A stretch of DNA of 63,631 bases, filler included, from Lenisia limosa (taxonomy: Eukaryota; Protista; Breviatea), in assembly GCA_001655205.1 (NCBI GenBank). It is 17 parts of 17 records of this genome, joined end to end, with 100 filler letters (N's around TTAATTAATTAA, not from the genome) between each part and the next. Parts side by side here need not be neighbours in the genome. Positions count along the whole stretch, not along the records: positions 1 to 6,120 come from LPNZ01010816.1; positions 6,221 to 12,720 come from LPNZ01004809.1; 15 more parts are not named here. The stretch is one strand, 5' to 3'. The notes under the pieces are model-generated. The model searched no databases, was not told where the DNA came from, and saw only the letters and a list, made by a program, of their open reading frames with translations. How positions within the stretch are numbered: the stretch's first letter is position 1; every line of letters begins with the position of its first letter. The translations under genes and the position numbers were made by a program. This document shows, one piece after another, positions 1-12,600 of the stretch.

Positions 1-3000
1 GAGGGCAACAACAAGTTGAAGGAAGAGGTGGGGGCCACTATTCAATCATATGATATATGTAATTATAAGCGTGAATGTGTGGACGGCTTCGTCCAGATAC
101 AACCTTACTCTATATCATATTCCTACCTTCCCGTTTGTTATTGCTTGTTTTTTTTTGTTTTTTTGAAGTTTCAGATCATTTGGTTCGTGATTAGTACCTT
201 TACGCCAAAATTCTTCATCGAAATTTCCTTCGTTCACCCCCCCCCCCANNNNNNNNNNNNNNNNNNNNNNNNNNNNNNNNNNNNNNNNNNNNNNNNNNNN
301 NNNNNNNNNNNNNNNNNNNNNNNNNNNNNNNNNNNNNNNNNNNNNNNNNNNNNNNNNNNNNNNNNNNNNNNNNNNNNNNNNNNNNNNNNNNNNNNNNNNN
401 NNNNNNNNNNNNNNNNNNNNNNNNNNNNNNNNNNNNNNNNNNNNNNNNNNNNNNNNNNNNNNNNNNACAGGTTTCTTTACCATAAAACTGAAAGCACCTT
501 TTTTCTTTATAGAGTTACCACAGCTGTTGAAGATTTCAGAATTTTCTTTATATCCTGTATTACTCCACTAATTAACACCCAGTGTACAACTCACAATGAT
601 GGAGGGGCACGAGAAAGAGAAGGCTGTAGTGAAGGCCAAAGCTCAGGCAGTTGGTTTGGTTTGGTACATTTGTTCGGTCTTATAGCATGAGTTGCCTTAT
701 TGGGAAGCCTATGAAGCATGACTTACTATATCAGGAAGCCTATTAAGCATGACTTACTATATTAGGAAGCCGAGCGCAGACAACGCGGTGAAGCAGTCAC
801 GGAAAAGAGCCGCATTGAGAGATCGTTGAAGTCTGCTGCGAAGCAGCATACTTTGCAGGTTGGGGCTGCTGAATTGTGTGATTTGCTTTCACACTTTTTT
901 TACTCAGATGNNNNNNNNNNNNNNNNNNNNNNNNNNNNNNNNNNNNNNNNNNNNNNNNNNNNNNNNNNNNNNNNNNNNNNNNNNNNNNNNNNNNNNNNNN
1001 NNNNNNNNNNNNNNNNNNNNNNNNNNNNNNNNNNNNNNNNNNNNNNNNNNNNNNNNNNNNNNNNNNNNNNNNNNNNNNNNNNNNNNNNNNNNNNNNNNNN
1101 NNNNNNNNNNNNNNNNNNNNNNNNNNNNNNNNGCAGACTCAGACAAGCCCAGCAGTGAGGGGGTCGTGAGGGCAATGCGGTCCATAAGGTGTTGGGCTTC
1201 TGACCGATTCTATTGTTTCTTGCTTCCGTGTTCCGTGTTTTTCTAAATGTTGGTTCGTTATCCAACTCCAGTATATCTGACCCACCCCCCTAGACGAGTA
1301 GAGGAAATGGCGCAAATGCTGCGTGAGGCGCAACACGCGCATTTGGATGCCGAGGACAGGGCGGCTTCTATGGAGGCGGATCTCAAGGTGAGGCTTGGTG
1401 CTGGTAATATCGAATTGAAGGAAGAAGACAAAAACCAGGGTCAATATAACAATAAAAAAGAAATGGTTTTCAGAAATAAATACTGTTATATTTCACCCCC
1501 AGGATATGGAGATATACTTATGATGGACAAGAACTCACCCCCAGGATATGGAGATTCGGTCGACTTTGGAGGTCAACTCATTCAAGGAGGAGCAACACTG
1601 TAGGCAGAAACCAAACAGCATAACATCATACTCTCCAATCACCCCCCCCCCCCCNNNNNNNNNNNNNNNNNNNNNNNNNNNNNNNNNNNNNNNNNNNNNN
1701 NNNNNNNNNNNNNNNNNNNNNNNNNNNNNNNNNNNNNNNNNNNNNNNNNNNNNNNNNNNNNNNNNNNCGGGAGGGTCTTTGTCTTCCTGAAGCTTCCATG
1801 ATATATCTTGCTTCCGAGATGTTAATGATATATCTTGCTTCCGAGGTGTTAATGATATATCTTGCTTCCGAGATGTTGATGATATATCTTGAAACGTACA
1901 AACACCACCAATTATCATATCCAACCCTTCGTCCATCCATTCTTTCATTCACTATCAGGCTGAAAAGGGAGTCAGAAAGCAGCGCTAACCGTATTGATGA
2001 TCTTGAGAGAGGTTTATGGGACAATGTGACTCTTCCCTATTCCCTAACCCTTTATCCATTCATGCCCCACATCTTGAGGATGTGGTGCTGCAGAAGCGAC
2101 TGTCCTGGGCGTTGTTTTTGTTGTTTTGTGTGTTTCTCAAATGTCCTGCCAACATAATTGATTCGTTTTTGTTTGTCCAATTGACCCTCCAGAGCTGATA
2201 GTTAGTCGTAAGAACTGCGAGGACGCTGAGACGGNNNNNNNNNNNNNNNNNNNNNNNNNNNNNNNNNNNNNNNNNNNNNNNNNNNNNNNNNNNNNNNNNN
2301 NNNNNNNNNNNNNNNNNNNNNNNNNNNNNNNNNNNNNNNNNNNNNNNNNNNNNNNNNNNNNNNNNNNNNNNNNNNNNNNNNNNNNNNNNNNNNNNNNNNN
2401 NNNGCATGATATGGTGATGGTGTTGGTTGTAGGCATGGAGAAGGGAGTGCATCACAATACGTTGTATGCATGCATGGAGTAATGTTCTCCAAAGAGGATA
2501 GTTTTAGAGATGGTTGCCTGGGCTTGATTTCGAGATGTTCTCCCTGCATTTTATGATTTCGTTTTAGCCTCCCCTCCTCGCACTTGTGTTTTCGTGTTAT
2601 TACCCCCCCCCCCCNNNNNNNNNNNNNNNNNNNNNNNNNNNNNNNNNNNNNNNNNNNNNNNNNNNNNNNNNNNNNNNNNNNNNNNNNNNNNNNNNNNNNN
2701 NNNNNNNNNNNNNNNNNNNNNNNNNNNNNNNNNNNNNNNNNNNNNNNNNNNNNNNNNNNNNNNNNNNNNNNNNNNNNNNNNNNNNNNNNNNNNNNNNNNN
2801 NNNNNNNNNNNNNNNNNNNNNNNNNNNNNNNNNNNNNNNNNCAGACTCGATCCATAACCAGGTGGCTGAGGCAACACAACGGGTGGAAGAGACCGCCAGA
2901 GTGGAAGTGGTGAGGGGGGTTCTAGAAAGAAGCAAATAGGTATGCTGGGGAGGCAGGCAGAAAGCTGTGCATAGAGTTGTAAGGCAAATGACTGGGTGAA

Positions 3001-5977
3001 TTCCATAATCCCATCTAATAGGTCATAAGAGTGATAGCTTTGGCCAGATACAACCTTGTTTTATTTCAAAAGAACACTCGACCCCCGTTTTACGATTGCA
3101 GGAGAGGATCAAGGCGGATTTGGATGCTGTGACGGGCAAATATCGCCATGCTGCTTCCAAGCTTGAAACGTAAGTTAGCCTGGTTGTTCTTTTTGGACGA
3201 ACAGTTTGGAGTGTCATAAAAAACATTCTAAACACTCTCCCCAGACTGTCAAATGAGGTAGTTGAAGCGGCGGCGCTGAAGGCCAAATACGAAGAGGTGG
3301 CGGGGGGGGGGGGNNNNNNNNNNNNNNNNNNNNNNNNNNNNNNNNNNNNNNNNNNNNNNNNNNNNNNNNNNNNNNNNNNNNNNNNNNNNNNNNNNNNNNN
3401 NNNNNNNNNNNNNNNNNNNNNNNNNNNNNTCTGCTCAATACACCCCCAGGAAATGGAGGAAGAAGTCAGTACACTTCGCCAAGCCTTGAGCTTGGAAAAG
3501 AGACGATCAAGTGATCTGGATCGCACTCGTGAGGAGCTTGATGTCGACCTCAGTATCACCAAGGTTCCTGGGGTGTACGGAAATATCAGTAGCAGTCAAG
3601 TGTATTGCGGTTGATTATGATAAATAGAGTATTAACTTATAAACCGTTGCTCAACCCCATTTCAGGTGATACTACTGTGTTTATCATAAGGCTGCTCACC
3701 CCCCTCCCCCAGTCTGGTCTTGCCCAAGCCGAACAGTCTCTTTCCAAGGCCAACGCCGAGTTGAAGGCCGTAAAAGCCACAAACGCTGAAATGGTGCGTA
3801 CTGTCTTGTCACAATGTTGAGCCTGAGTGATTTCCCCCCCTATCCTCTTACCCCATAGCGCCAAAAGCTTGAGACCGCTGAAATGACGCAAGCCGCCGCC
3901 GTACGCAGTGTCAAGGATGAGATGGACGCGAAGATCAGGAAAATGACTTGTGGGGGGCTATTATGATTGCGGAAGAGGGGATGATGATGGAGTTGGTCAG
4001 AAACATACCCGATGTGATACTCATCCCCTTTACTTTGGGCTTTGTTTCATAAATTTCCTTCGTTTCACCCCCTCGCCCCGTAGTTGACCACGAGTCCACA
4101 ACCCAAGACCTTGAAGATTCCTCTGAAACTGAGCGTGCACGTGCGGCGAGTGCGGCAAGCAATGTGGGTTATTCATGGTGCTGTTGTGGGATGTTCATAG
4201 GATCTTCAGTTTTCAATGGAAATTTGCCTTTTGCTTCGTGTTGTCACATAAGAAATCATGTTTACATTCCCATTCAGTCTATTTACGGTATTAGGCTGAG
4301 AGCCACAAACAAGCCCAGGCCGAGGCTGAAGCCGCCCTCGCTGTCAGTATGCAGGCGACTCTGTTTTGCATTCGCCTTTTTGTTATACGCCACCACGACC
4401 TCTTACCCCTCAGACCTGCAACGTACGTCGGCGGCGGAGCAGCAAGTAGCCGAGCTGCATGCGGCACTCCAGGCCACCCAGAAGCAGCTGAAGGACGCGT
4501 TCCAGAGTGGGAAAGGGGCTGAAATTGAGTGTGCTGCTTTGTCTTTCATAATTCTCCAATTAACCCTCCGCAGCCCACGCCACGCAATCCTCCAGCCACG
4601 ACCGCGCCACTTCAGAGCTGCGGGAGAACCTTGCAATGGCCACGTCTGACCGGACCCGGTTACAGGCGGATAGACGGGAGCTGAAAACCGAAATCAAGGA
4701 AGGTATAAGGGGCACAGAGTAGTTACCAAGGAAGGTATAAGGGGCACAGAGTAGTTACCAAGGATAAGGGGCACAGAGTAGTTACCAAGGAAGGTATAAG
4801 GGACACAGAGTAGTTACCAAGGAAGGTTTTCGGGGCACAGAGTAGATATCCACCTCCGATACATTGAGGGTGTTGCATGGATGCGCTAAGTTATCCTTTG
4901 CATGATTGTTTGTTTGCTACATGCCCCTTCACCTCCTTCCCCAGCGTACGAGCGTGAACAGGAACTCCGCTCAAAGATCGCTGCTCAGGCCGGCGAATTG
5001 GCGTCTATTCGCTCCCATCTCGAAAACAAAGTGGGCCCTTTTCTTAGCCTGGTTTTATAAACAAAATGTGCCTCTGTTTTATAAGCCTGGTTTTAAAAAC
5101 GTCCTTCCCAGTACTTAACGCGCCTCCTTCCAGTCCCTGGAGGTGGCGCGACTTGAGCGTTCGTTGGCGTCGTCGTCGATGGGAGCAGAGGCTTCGGTTA
5201 ACGCCAAACTGCAGAGCGCAGAGCGCGAAGTTGAGATGCTCAGAGTGGGAGGGATGAGGAGATGCTCAGAGTGATGAGGTATCCCACTGGCGTGATTTTA
5301 CATTCTCCGGCATTACATCATGCCCCCCCCCCCATGTATGGTATATNNNNNNNNNNNNNNNNNNNNNNNNNNNNNNNNNNNNNNNNNNNNNNATTATCTC
5401 CCATGGTATATATATATCTCCCATGGTATATATATCTCCCATGGTATATATATCTCCCATGGTAAGTATATCTCCCATGGTATATATATATCTCCCATGG
5501 TAAGTATATCTCCCATGGTACATATATCTCCCATGGTACATCGCAATTCACCCACACCAGAACTCCTCGAAACGTCAGCAGGAAGAAGCAGCCGAGAACG
5601 CGGCTCAGCTGAGCCAGGAGGCCAGACAACGAGCTGAGCTTCAAGACAAACTCAGAATCTCGGAAGAGGTCCATGGGGGATGGGGTGTCTTTTCCATTCT
5701 CGTGAGGAGTGGTTTTGTAACCCCCCCCCCCCNNNNNNNNNNNNNNNNNNNNNNNNNNNNNNNNNNNNNNNNNNNNNNNNNNNNNNNNNNNNNNNNNNNN
5801 NNNNNNNNNNNNNNNNNNNNNNNNNNNNNNNNNNNNNNNNNNNNNNNNNNNNNNNNNNNNNNNNCAGTCGGAGAACAGACAGCTGATGATGGAGTTGTCA
5901 TCAAGCCGTTCGGCCGCGGCTGGAGCGGAGAGCAGAGAGTCCAGCAAGGCTGAGGAGAAGAAGAGGGAAATCGAGGT
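1..5977 (+). CDS. Multi-exon long coiled-coil protein (partial at both ends)
   Basis: GT-AG exons join in frame, e.g. EAERRQRGEAVTEKSRIERSLKSAAKQHTLQ, RLRQAQQ|RVEEMAQMLREAQHAHLDAEDRAASMEADLK, LSNEVVEAAALKAKYEE|EMEEEVSTLRQALSLEKRRSSDLDRTREELDVDLSITK. Heptad-rich, E/A/K/R-rich; no catalytic motif seen. Confidence 0.8.
700..776 (+). repeat. ~30-bp tandem duplication overlapping a 3' splice site
   Basis: ggaagcctatgaagcatgacttactatatca / ggaagcctattaagcatgacttactatatta / ggaagcc; the last copy runs into exon AG|GAAGCC. Confidence 0.85.
1795..1890 (+). repeat. Intronic 27-bp minisatellite (~3.5 copies)
   Basis: atgatatatcttgcttccgagatgtta repeated. Confidence 0.9.
4698..4850 (+). repeat. ~32-bp minisatellite starting at a 5' splice site (~4.5 copies)
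   Basis: aaggaaggtataaggggcacagagtagttacc repeated; the first copy spans the exon end GAAG|GTATAAG. Confidence 0.9.
5392..5540 (+). repeat. Intronic ~18-22-bp minisatellite
   Basis: atatatctcccatggta repeated about 8 times. Confidence 0.9.
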
Positions 5978-6120
5978 GGGCTTGGGCTGTGTTATCCCCG
6001 TCTCTCCTGTCTAAAGAGGGGATCCCGGCTATTTTATCCCGGCATAAATTACCCTCTCCTCTGTCTCCATAATATTCTTCATTCACTCCCCACTCGTAAC
6101 TGTCTCCATAATATTCTTCA

Positions 6121-6220
6121 NNNNNNNNNNNNNNNNNNNNNNNNNNNNNNNNNNNNNNNNNNNNTTAATTAATTAANNNNNNNNNNNNNNNNNNNNNNNN
6201 NNNNNNNNNNNNNNNNNNNN
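6121..6220. other. Artificial scaffold linker (44 N + TTAATTAATTAA + 44 N), first of 16
   Basis: Identical 100-nt structure with stops in all six frames. Also starts at about 12721, 14276, 15875, 28442, 29739, 31921, 39807, 41939, 43699, 45422, 51221, 52708, 53951, 58956 and 62392. Adjacency across these linkers is not biological. Confidence 0.97.
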
Positions 6221-9200
6221 GCTTGACACCAACTGGCACTATTGCGTCTGCCTCTGTGGGAGAAAACTACTGTAGGTCTTGGTTTTTTTTTGTATTATTA
6301 TTATTATTTTGAAAATTTGTGGGGGTGCTGCAGTCCTTTCCTTTCCTTATTGATTCTAGCCTTTTTATCCGGGGTAACAGCAGTATCAACAGATATGACC
6401 ATGTCATACTGTGACCAAATTGGTATGTTTGGGTTGGAATAGTATCCTCATTAAATCTTGTATTTGTGTGACCTACAAGCTGATTTTTTTTTGCTTGTAA
6501 CAAAAGAACATTCCTATTACATTGTTTTGAAATGGCGTTTATTACATTGTTTTGAAATGGTGTTTATTTTTGTCTTTCATAGCAGTGCCCTTTTTTATTA
6601 TCCTTCAGGCTCAGAGAACATTTTGACTGTGGGAGGCACATTAAACATTGCTGTCTATGTTCTGAGCGAATGTAAAGGATTTGATTCACTCACTTCTGCG
6701 GGTATGGGGGCATGGGGTATGGTGAGAGTTTGAGCTCTTATAGGGGGGGGGGGGGNNNNNNNNNNNNNNNNNNNNNNNNNNNNNNNNNNNNNNNNNNNNN
6801 NNNNNNNNNNNNNNNNNNNNNNNNNNNNNNNNNNNNNNNNNNNNNNNNNNNNNNNNNNNNNNNNNNNNNNNNNNNNNNNNNNNNNNNNNNNNNNNNNNNN
6901 NNNNNNNNNNNNNNNNNNNNNNNNNNNNNNNCGAATTTCTTAGTAGCCTGCAGACCACAATGTCCATTGAAATCACAGGCCATTTAGGTTAGAGAAACGA
7001 ATACCGAAACTAAATTGATTGGGAACTAAATCAATAAGTCTGGAAACATGATGGAGTGGAAAGCTTCGGTCATACTTTTTTTTTTCTTCTGTTCTTATAT
7101 CGATATGCACTGACCGTGGTCTTTACGGCTTCAATCTAATAATATCCCAAGAAAATACTAAAACAGATGGAGGAACAATGTTTTAGCCGTAACACTCATG
7201 AGCTTACTAATACATATGCTACTACTATTCTCATTTTGATTCTTGAGGGTCTATTTGTTTCCCCACAACCTCATTTGTTGTTATCAACCCTCGTGTGTTG
7301 TCAGCCAACAGAGTTGAATTGGGCATTTTTGTTCCACAAATTTTCCAATGTTACNNNNNNNNNNNNNNNNNNNNNNNNNNNNNNNNNNNNNNNNNNNNNN
7401 NNNNNNNNNNNNNNNNNNNNNNNTTCCCGAAATAGGCGGATTCAACAGTCTCACCTCAACCAGTGAGTCAGGCAGAATCTGACTTCGTTTTGAAAGGGAT
7501 ATTGAAGATAGGGATGGTAACTACAGATGCTTCTCATTACACTTCCCCTCAGAACGTATCCGTCTCCAGGTTCTACCAGTCTTGAGCACTATCAGCGGTT
7601 TCTCTTCCCTTGTTTCCATGGGAGATGCTTCTGCTCTTGGCAGTCCTGCTATCATACTACAAACTGAGAATCTCAAAAGCTTTACCGCTTTCTCAGTGAG
7701 TGGATAGCGGCGTCTCATGCATCGACCCTCTTATTTCATAACATCTGTTCATTTTGTCAGGCGGTGTATATTTAGATGATGTTGTACGTACGTATTCATA
7801 TATTACCTAGTAACATCCTAATGAAAGCACTCGCATGGAGGGGGGTAATGTAAACCTAGATATCTGCACTATTACAAGGCTGGGGCTAATGGCACCATGT
7901 TTCAGCAGTGTAATGGGAGCTTTTAATCAAGTTTACTAGTTTAACAGATGATATTGCAGAATTGAGACGTTTGTTTTGATGTTCATCATTTACCACCCCT
8001 CACTTTCCAGTCTCTTGAAACGATTGATGGAGGCTTGAAGCTCTGGGGTCTTGCCAGCGAAGTTGACATCATCTTCGTCTCATTGCAAACAGTTCAGGTT
8101 GGGGTGTCTGTTGAAAGGGTTACAATCTCATATATATTTTGTGCACAGAGTTGTCAGGCAAATGATTGGGTGAATTAATATTATACTTATAAGCGTGATG
8201 GTGTGGTTCGGGCAGATACAACCTTATTTTTTATTTCCCATTGCTATATGTAGTATATATGAACAGGATACAGTAGCGAACCAAAGGTCTGACCCTTTTC
8301 CGAGTGTATCCCCCATGTCATCTAATGACTCTTTAGAAAGTCCAGTGCACATCAAGTATCGGGGTGTTGCTCCTTCAGGCCCCCCTTCAATCGGCATCCC
8401 TTTTTGACCTTGCGGGATGCACTAATTTACAGTTGGCTNNNNNNNNNNNNNNNNNNNNNNNNNNNNNNNNNNNNNNNNNNNNNNNNNNNNNNNNNNNNNN
8501 NNNNNNNNNNNNNNNNNNNNNNNNNNNNNNNNNNNNNNNNNNNNNNNNNNNNNNNNNNNNNNNNNNNNNNNNNNNNNNNNNNNNNNNNNNNNNNNNNNNN
8601 NNNNNNNNNNNNTGGGGTCCCTCCATCTCATTGGTTCGTATCTGTGTTTCGAGAGTTTTTTTTTCTCTCGATAAAATACAATTTGGTACTTTTGTCACCC
8701 CACCCCCAAGGGAACTGAATATGTTCGAGTTTTTCACAGCTTCTCTTTCGGAGCTGAACCTCTCGGCCCTCAGCGAGCTCCGTCGGATGGATGCGGCTTC
8801 TCCGGTGCGTAGAGGGGCTAAAGAATAGTTCTAACGAAATTAAGTGAAGCCCTCATGAATATCTCAACCTCAACTAATTAGTATTGTCTCTTGATTCCTG
8901 TTATAATATTCTCTCCATTTTGTGAGTTTCTCTACTGAGAAGCTTTTTTGAGACCCGAGAAACTCACCCACAGGCGTCCATGGCTCTCACCGGCAACGGT
9001 CTCAACGTTCTTCTCTCATTTTGTTGCGAGCATTTGACTCCATTTTTGGCCGGATTGAGTGACACAGGTTCCGGCATCTCTACTGCTGTGCATAGTGAGT
9101 TGCCTAAATTCAACTACAAACGTATTTTTTTTATTTCTCATTGCTATACATAGTATATAGCTATAATATGGGGAAAAAAATTCGCAGTTCACTCCACCCC

Positions 9201-9480
9201 TATTAAGCATTTCCTTGTATTTCTAGAAACGTCCCCCTACCTTACCGACTTCCAGCGTCAACATGCTTGAATTGCCCTATGGGCTGTAAGGGCTTTGGCT
9301 CGGCTTTGAACCCTGCTTGTGATGTAGGGAGGGGTGTTTGAGATTGTGATTATGTTATTACTGAGAGGAGAGTAAATTTGAGAAGATATAGTTTGATAAA
9401 TGTAAAAGGTAGTTGCTCGTCATCTTTTCACATTATAGTGTGACCCCAACATTTATTTTGACGACCTTGGGCGCTGTCCA
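6221..9480 (+). CDS. Surface protein with receptor L-domain-like Leu-rich repeats (partial)
   Basis: Exons GSENILTVGGTLNIAVYVLSECKGFDSLTSAG, PEIGGFNSLTST, IRLQVLPVLSTISGFSSLVSMGD..AIILQTENLKSFTAFS and SLETIDGGLKLWGLASEVDIIFVSLQTVQ match the L-domain pattern (L..I.G.L.I......F..L..V). Each has GT/AG boundaries. Confidence 0.65.
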
Positions 9481-9667
9481 GGTAGGTTTTTGTCCATTTT
9501 TGAGTTGTATCACCTGCATTACCCTTACATTTGCTAACTCCCTTTTCATTATCTTACTATTTCTTATAATGGCATGTGATTTATCTACGAAGCGTTACAA
9601 TGAGGCAGTTTAAGCTTCAAGTAACTCACGCATTCATAAAGCAAATTCGAGACCAATACTTTTATTA

Positions 9668-12600
9668 GTCACGATTGCAGATGATGGAGCGTACACGGGG
9701 CCAGCCATTGGTTCGACTCTGCCTTGTGGCTACACTGAAGGAATGGACTTCGTGGCCGCCACTGGTTGGGGGGGGGGGGANNNNNNNNNNNNNNNNNNNN
9801 NNNNNNNNNNNNNNNNNNNNNNNNNNNNNNNNNNNNNNNNNNNNNGGGGAAAATAAGAATACATAAATCAGGTGTTCGGGGACTCCCAGCCGAAGCTGGA
9901 GGAGTAATGTGTTGAAGGGTTGGGGGTTGGAGGGGAGTAATGTGACATCTTTACTTTTTTTCATCCTTTTTTGGTTTATTCGCAGGATATGATTATTCAT
10001 TGTTTTAGGAACGTGCTATTTCGGCGTGCCAGTGGAGAGAACCCTGGTTTGTGGCATTGCTGCTTTTTCGAGCAAAAGCAAACTAAATAACTAAAATATT
10101 GAGGAAAGGAACAGTTTTTTAAACAAAGTGATAAAAATTTCTAACCCCTCAGCATGGCCTTCAAAGCCCTTTTGACGTTGAGGATTTCAATGTCACCGTG
10201 TACAAAATGAACTCTGTCGACATTCAAGCTGCTGCTACGGTTGGTGGTCTTTTCTTTCCTCTACTGGAGAAGTTCCTGTCCTCTTCTTTCTCCTTCTCCT
10301 CCTCTTCTTTCTTCCCCTTTTCTTCTCACCACAAATTAATTTATTTACTGTCGGGCTTTGGTTACTCAAGTTTTTTTACTATCCTCTCAGATAGCTGTGT
10401 TCTTGTAAGGCAGATGGTTGGGTTAATTTATAGACTATCATAGTATAATATTTCTTATAAGCTATGATGTGGACGGCTTCGGCCAGACTATTTCCGTTTA
10501 TACTCAACCCCCCCCCCCCCCANNNNNNNNNNNNNNNNNNNNNNNNNNNNNNNNNNNNNNNNNNNNNNNNNNNNNNNNNNNNNNNNNNNNNNNNNNNNNN
10601 NNNNNNNNNNNNNNNNNNNNNNNNNNNNNNNNNNNNNNNNNNNNNNNNNNNNNNNNNNNNNNNNNNNNNNNNNNNNNNNNNNNAGATATTTGTGTATAAT
10701 TATTCTGACCCACAGGGTACCTGCCTGCAGCAGTAACGGACTACTCCACGCGGTGTGCCCCTCCGGACGTGTGTGCTCTCGACAGAATCGGAATAGGTGG
10801 GTAAGGGATGCCATACGGTAGGGAAAAGACGGGTAAAATATCGATTGTTATCAGAAATGCAAAGAAATTCAGACTGTTTATAAAAAGAATTACTCGTTAT
10901 GATCATGGTAAACTAAACGATGAAAGATAAGGAAATAAACGCGTGATGATGGTATGGCCGGATTCAGCCAGTTCTCTTACCATACTCAACGGATACACAC
11001 ATTCTTTCCGTTCTTTTATATTCCCTAATGACACCATCCCCCATGCGGTGCGGCAGAAGCGACTNNNNNNNNNNNNNNNNNNNNNNNNNNNNNNNNNNNN
11101 NNNNNNNNNNNNNNNNNNNNNNNNNNNNNNNNNNNNNNNNNNNNNNNNNNNNNNNNNNTTTGTTTCATAAATTTTCCAATTTTACCCCCCCCCCCAGGAG
11201 GCAATTCGTTGGGTCGTGGCGGCACTAGTACGCGCAGCGCCTCCATGTGCCGGAACCATGGAGGGCCTAAGGCTGGACCTCTTCCAGGCTTCATGGGGGG
11301 TGCTGGTAGGCTGGTTTATCTCTTGAAGAGTTGCAACAATGTAGTAATATACCATGGATATTAGTTGATACATTTGTAGCATCTTCTAGATTGTCATCTA
11401 ATCTCGGGTATTATTAACAATAATGACAAGATTTGTCCCAACAAAGAGTCTTGTTGAACGTGGTATATTAACGATTTAGGCGGACCTGTACGGTACTCAT
11501 CAAATCCCCCCGTGATAGGCGGCAGCGGAGGAGCAGGCCTGACCATTATCTGCGATAGCTTAAGCGTTACGGGACTGTGGGGGGGTTATGATTATTTTCA
11601 TATCGTATGCTACCATTGAATGTTTTTGTGTATTATTTGCTGTGCTCTCTCTTGTGGACTTTGGTCAAAGATTGTTATATTAGTGAAGATAATACGTTTG
11701 TTTCATCCTTATTTGGTTCTGTACAAAGTCAATTGTCCCAACTGATTTCGTTCAGGATTAACGTGGACGGTGCAGCTGGAACGACAGGAATGAGTGTAGA
11801 TGGCTCCGGTGGGCGTCTCTGGGGACGCTCTCGACGCCTTTTTTTGAAAAAGAGAAATACTCTAGGGAAACATATAAATATATGGATACCATAACGTTTA
11901 TTGGTGTGTTTAAATGATTAATGGATCCCTTCCCCTTATCCTTCTTAAAACCTCCACCTACTCCTTACACCACATTCACTCCTTACACCCTGTATAGGGG
12001 GCGGTGGGGGCGGCTCAGTACTCGTCAACGCTACGAGCAGTATCAGCGCTATTGGCTTGATCACCGCAAATGGCGGAAGCTCTGCCAAGGTGGGCTGTTA
12101 GCTGAGTTGAGTTTAGGGGTTATTTCTCTCTCGATAGTTGTTCTTTTGTCCCTTGTCACCCCCCTCAGGGATCTGGCGGCGCTGGAGGTCTGCTTTACTT
12201 TCACACGCAAACCGGCAGCCCATCGGTTAGCTCCAGTACGGCCTCTGGCGGCTCGGGTATTATCAACGGAGCGTGCGGCTTGACAGTTCTTCAGTCGGAC
12301 TCAAGGTGGGCGGTGGATTGACGGTTGGACTCTGCATGGGGGGGGGGGNNNNNNNNNNNNNNNNNNNNNNNNNNNNNNNNNNNNNNNNNNNNNNNNNNNN
12401 NNNNNNNNNNNNNNNNNNNNNNNNNNNNNNNNNNNNNNNNNNNNNNNNNNNNNNNNNNNNNNNNNNNNNNNNNNNNTAAGACTCCTGTTTCTCATCTTTC
12501 TCATCTAACGCAGTGCCATGTCGTCGGTCCATTGCCCTACGTATACCACGCTCAACACCTATGGGATGGAGGTCACGTCTTTTTTCAACGACAATGGAAT
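9668..12600 (+). CDS. Gly-rich repeat extracellular region, possibly the same gene as the L-domain part (partial)
   Basis: Exons VIGGSGGAGLTIICDSLSVTG, INVDGAAGTTGMSVDGSGGRL, GGGSVLVNATSSISAIGLITANGGSSAK and GSGGAGGLLYFHTQTGSPSVSSSTASGGSG show the recurring GGxGG-x-I-x-I...G-x-I-x-A-x-GG motif. Confidence 0.65.

Noticed and set aside
644-655. Apparent GC-AG donor (cag|gcagtt)
   Set aside because: An in-phase canonical GT donor lies 3 nt downstream (gca|gttggt).
6165-6176. Recurrent TTAATTAATTAA palindrome as a biological motif
   Set aside because: It always sits at the centre of an exact 100-nt N block, so it is an assembly linker.
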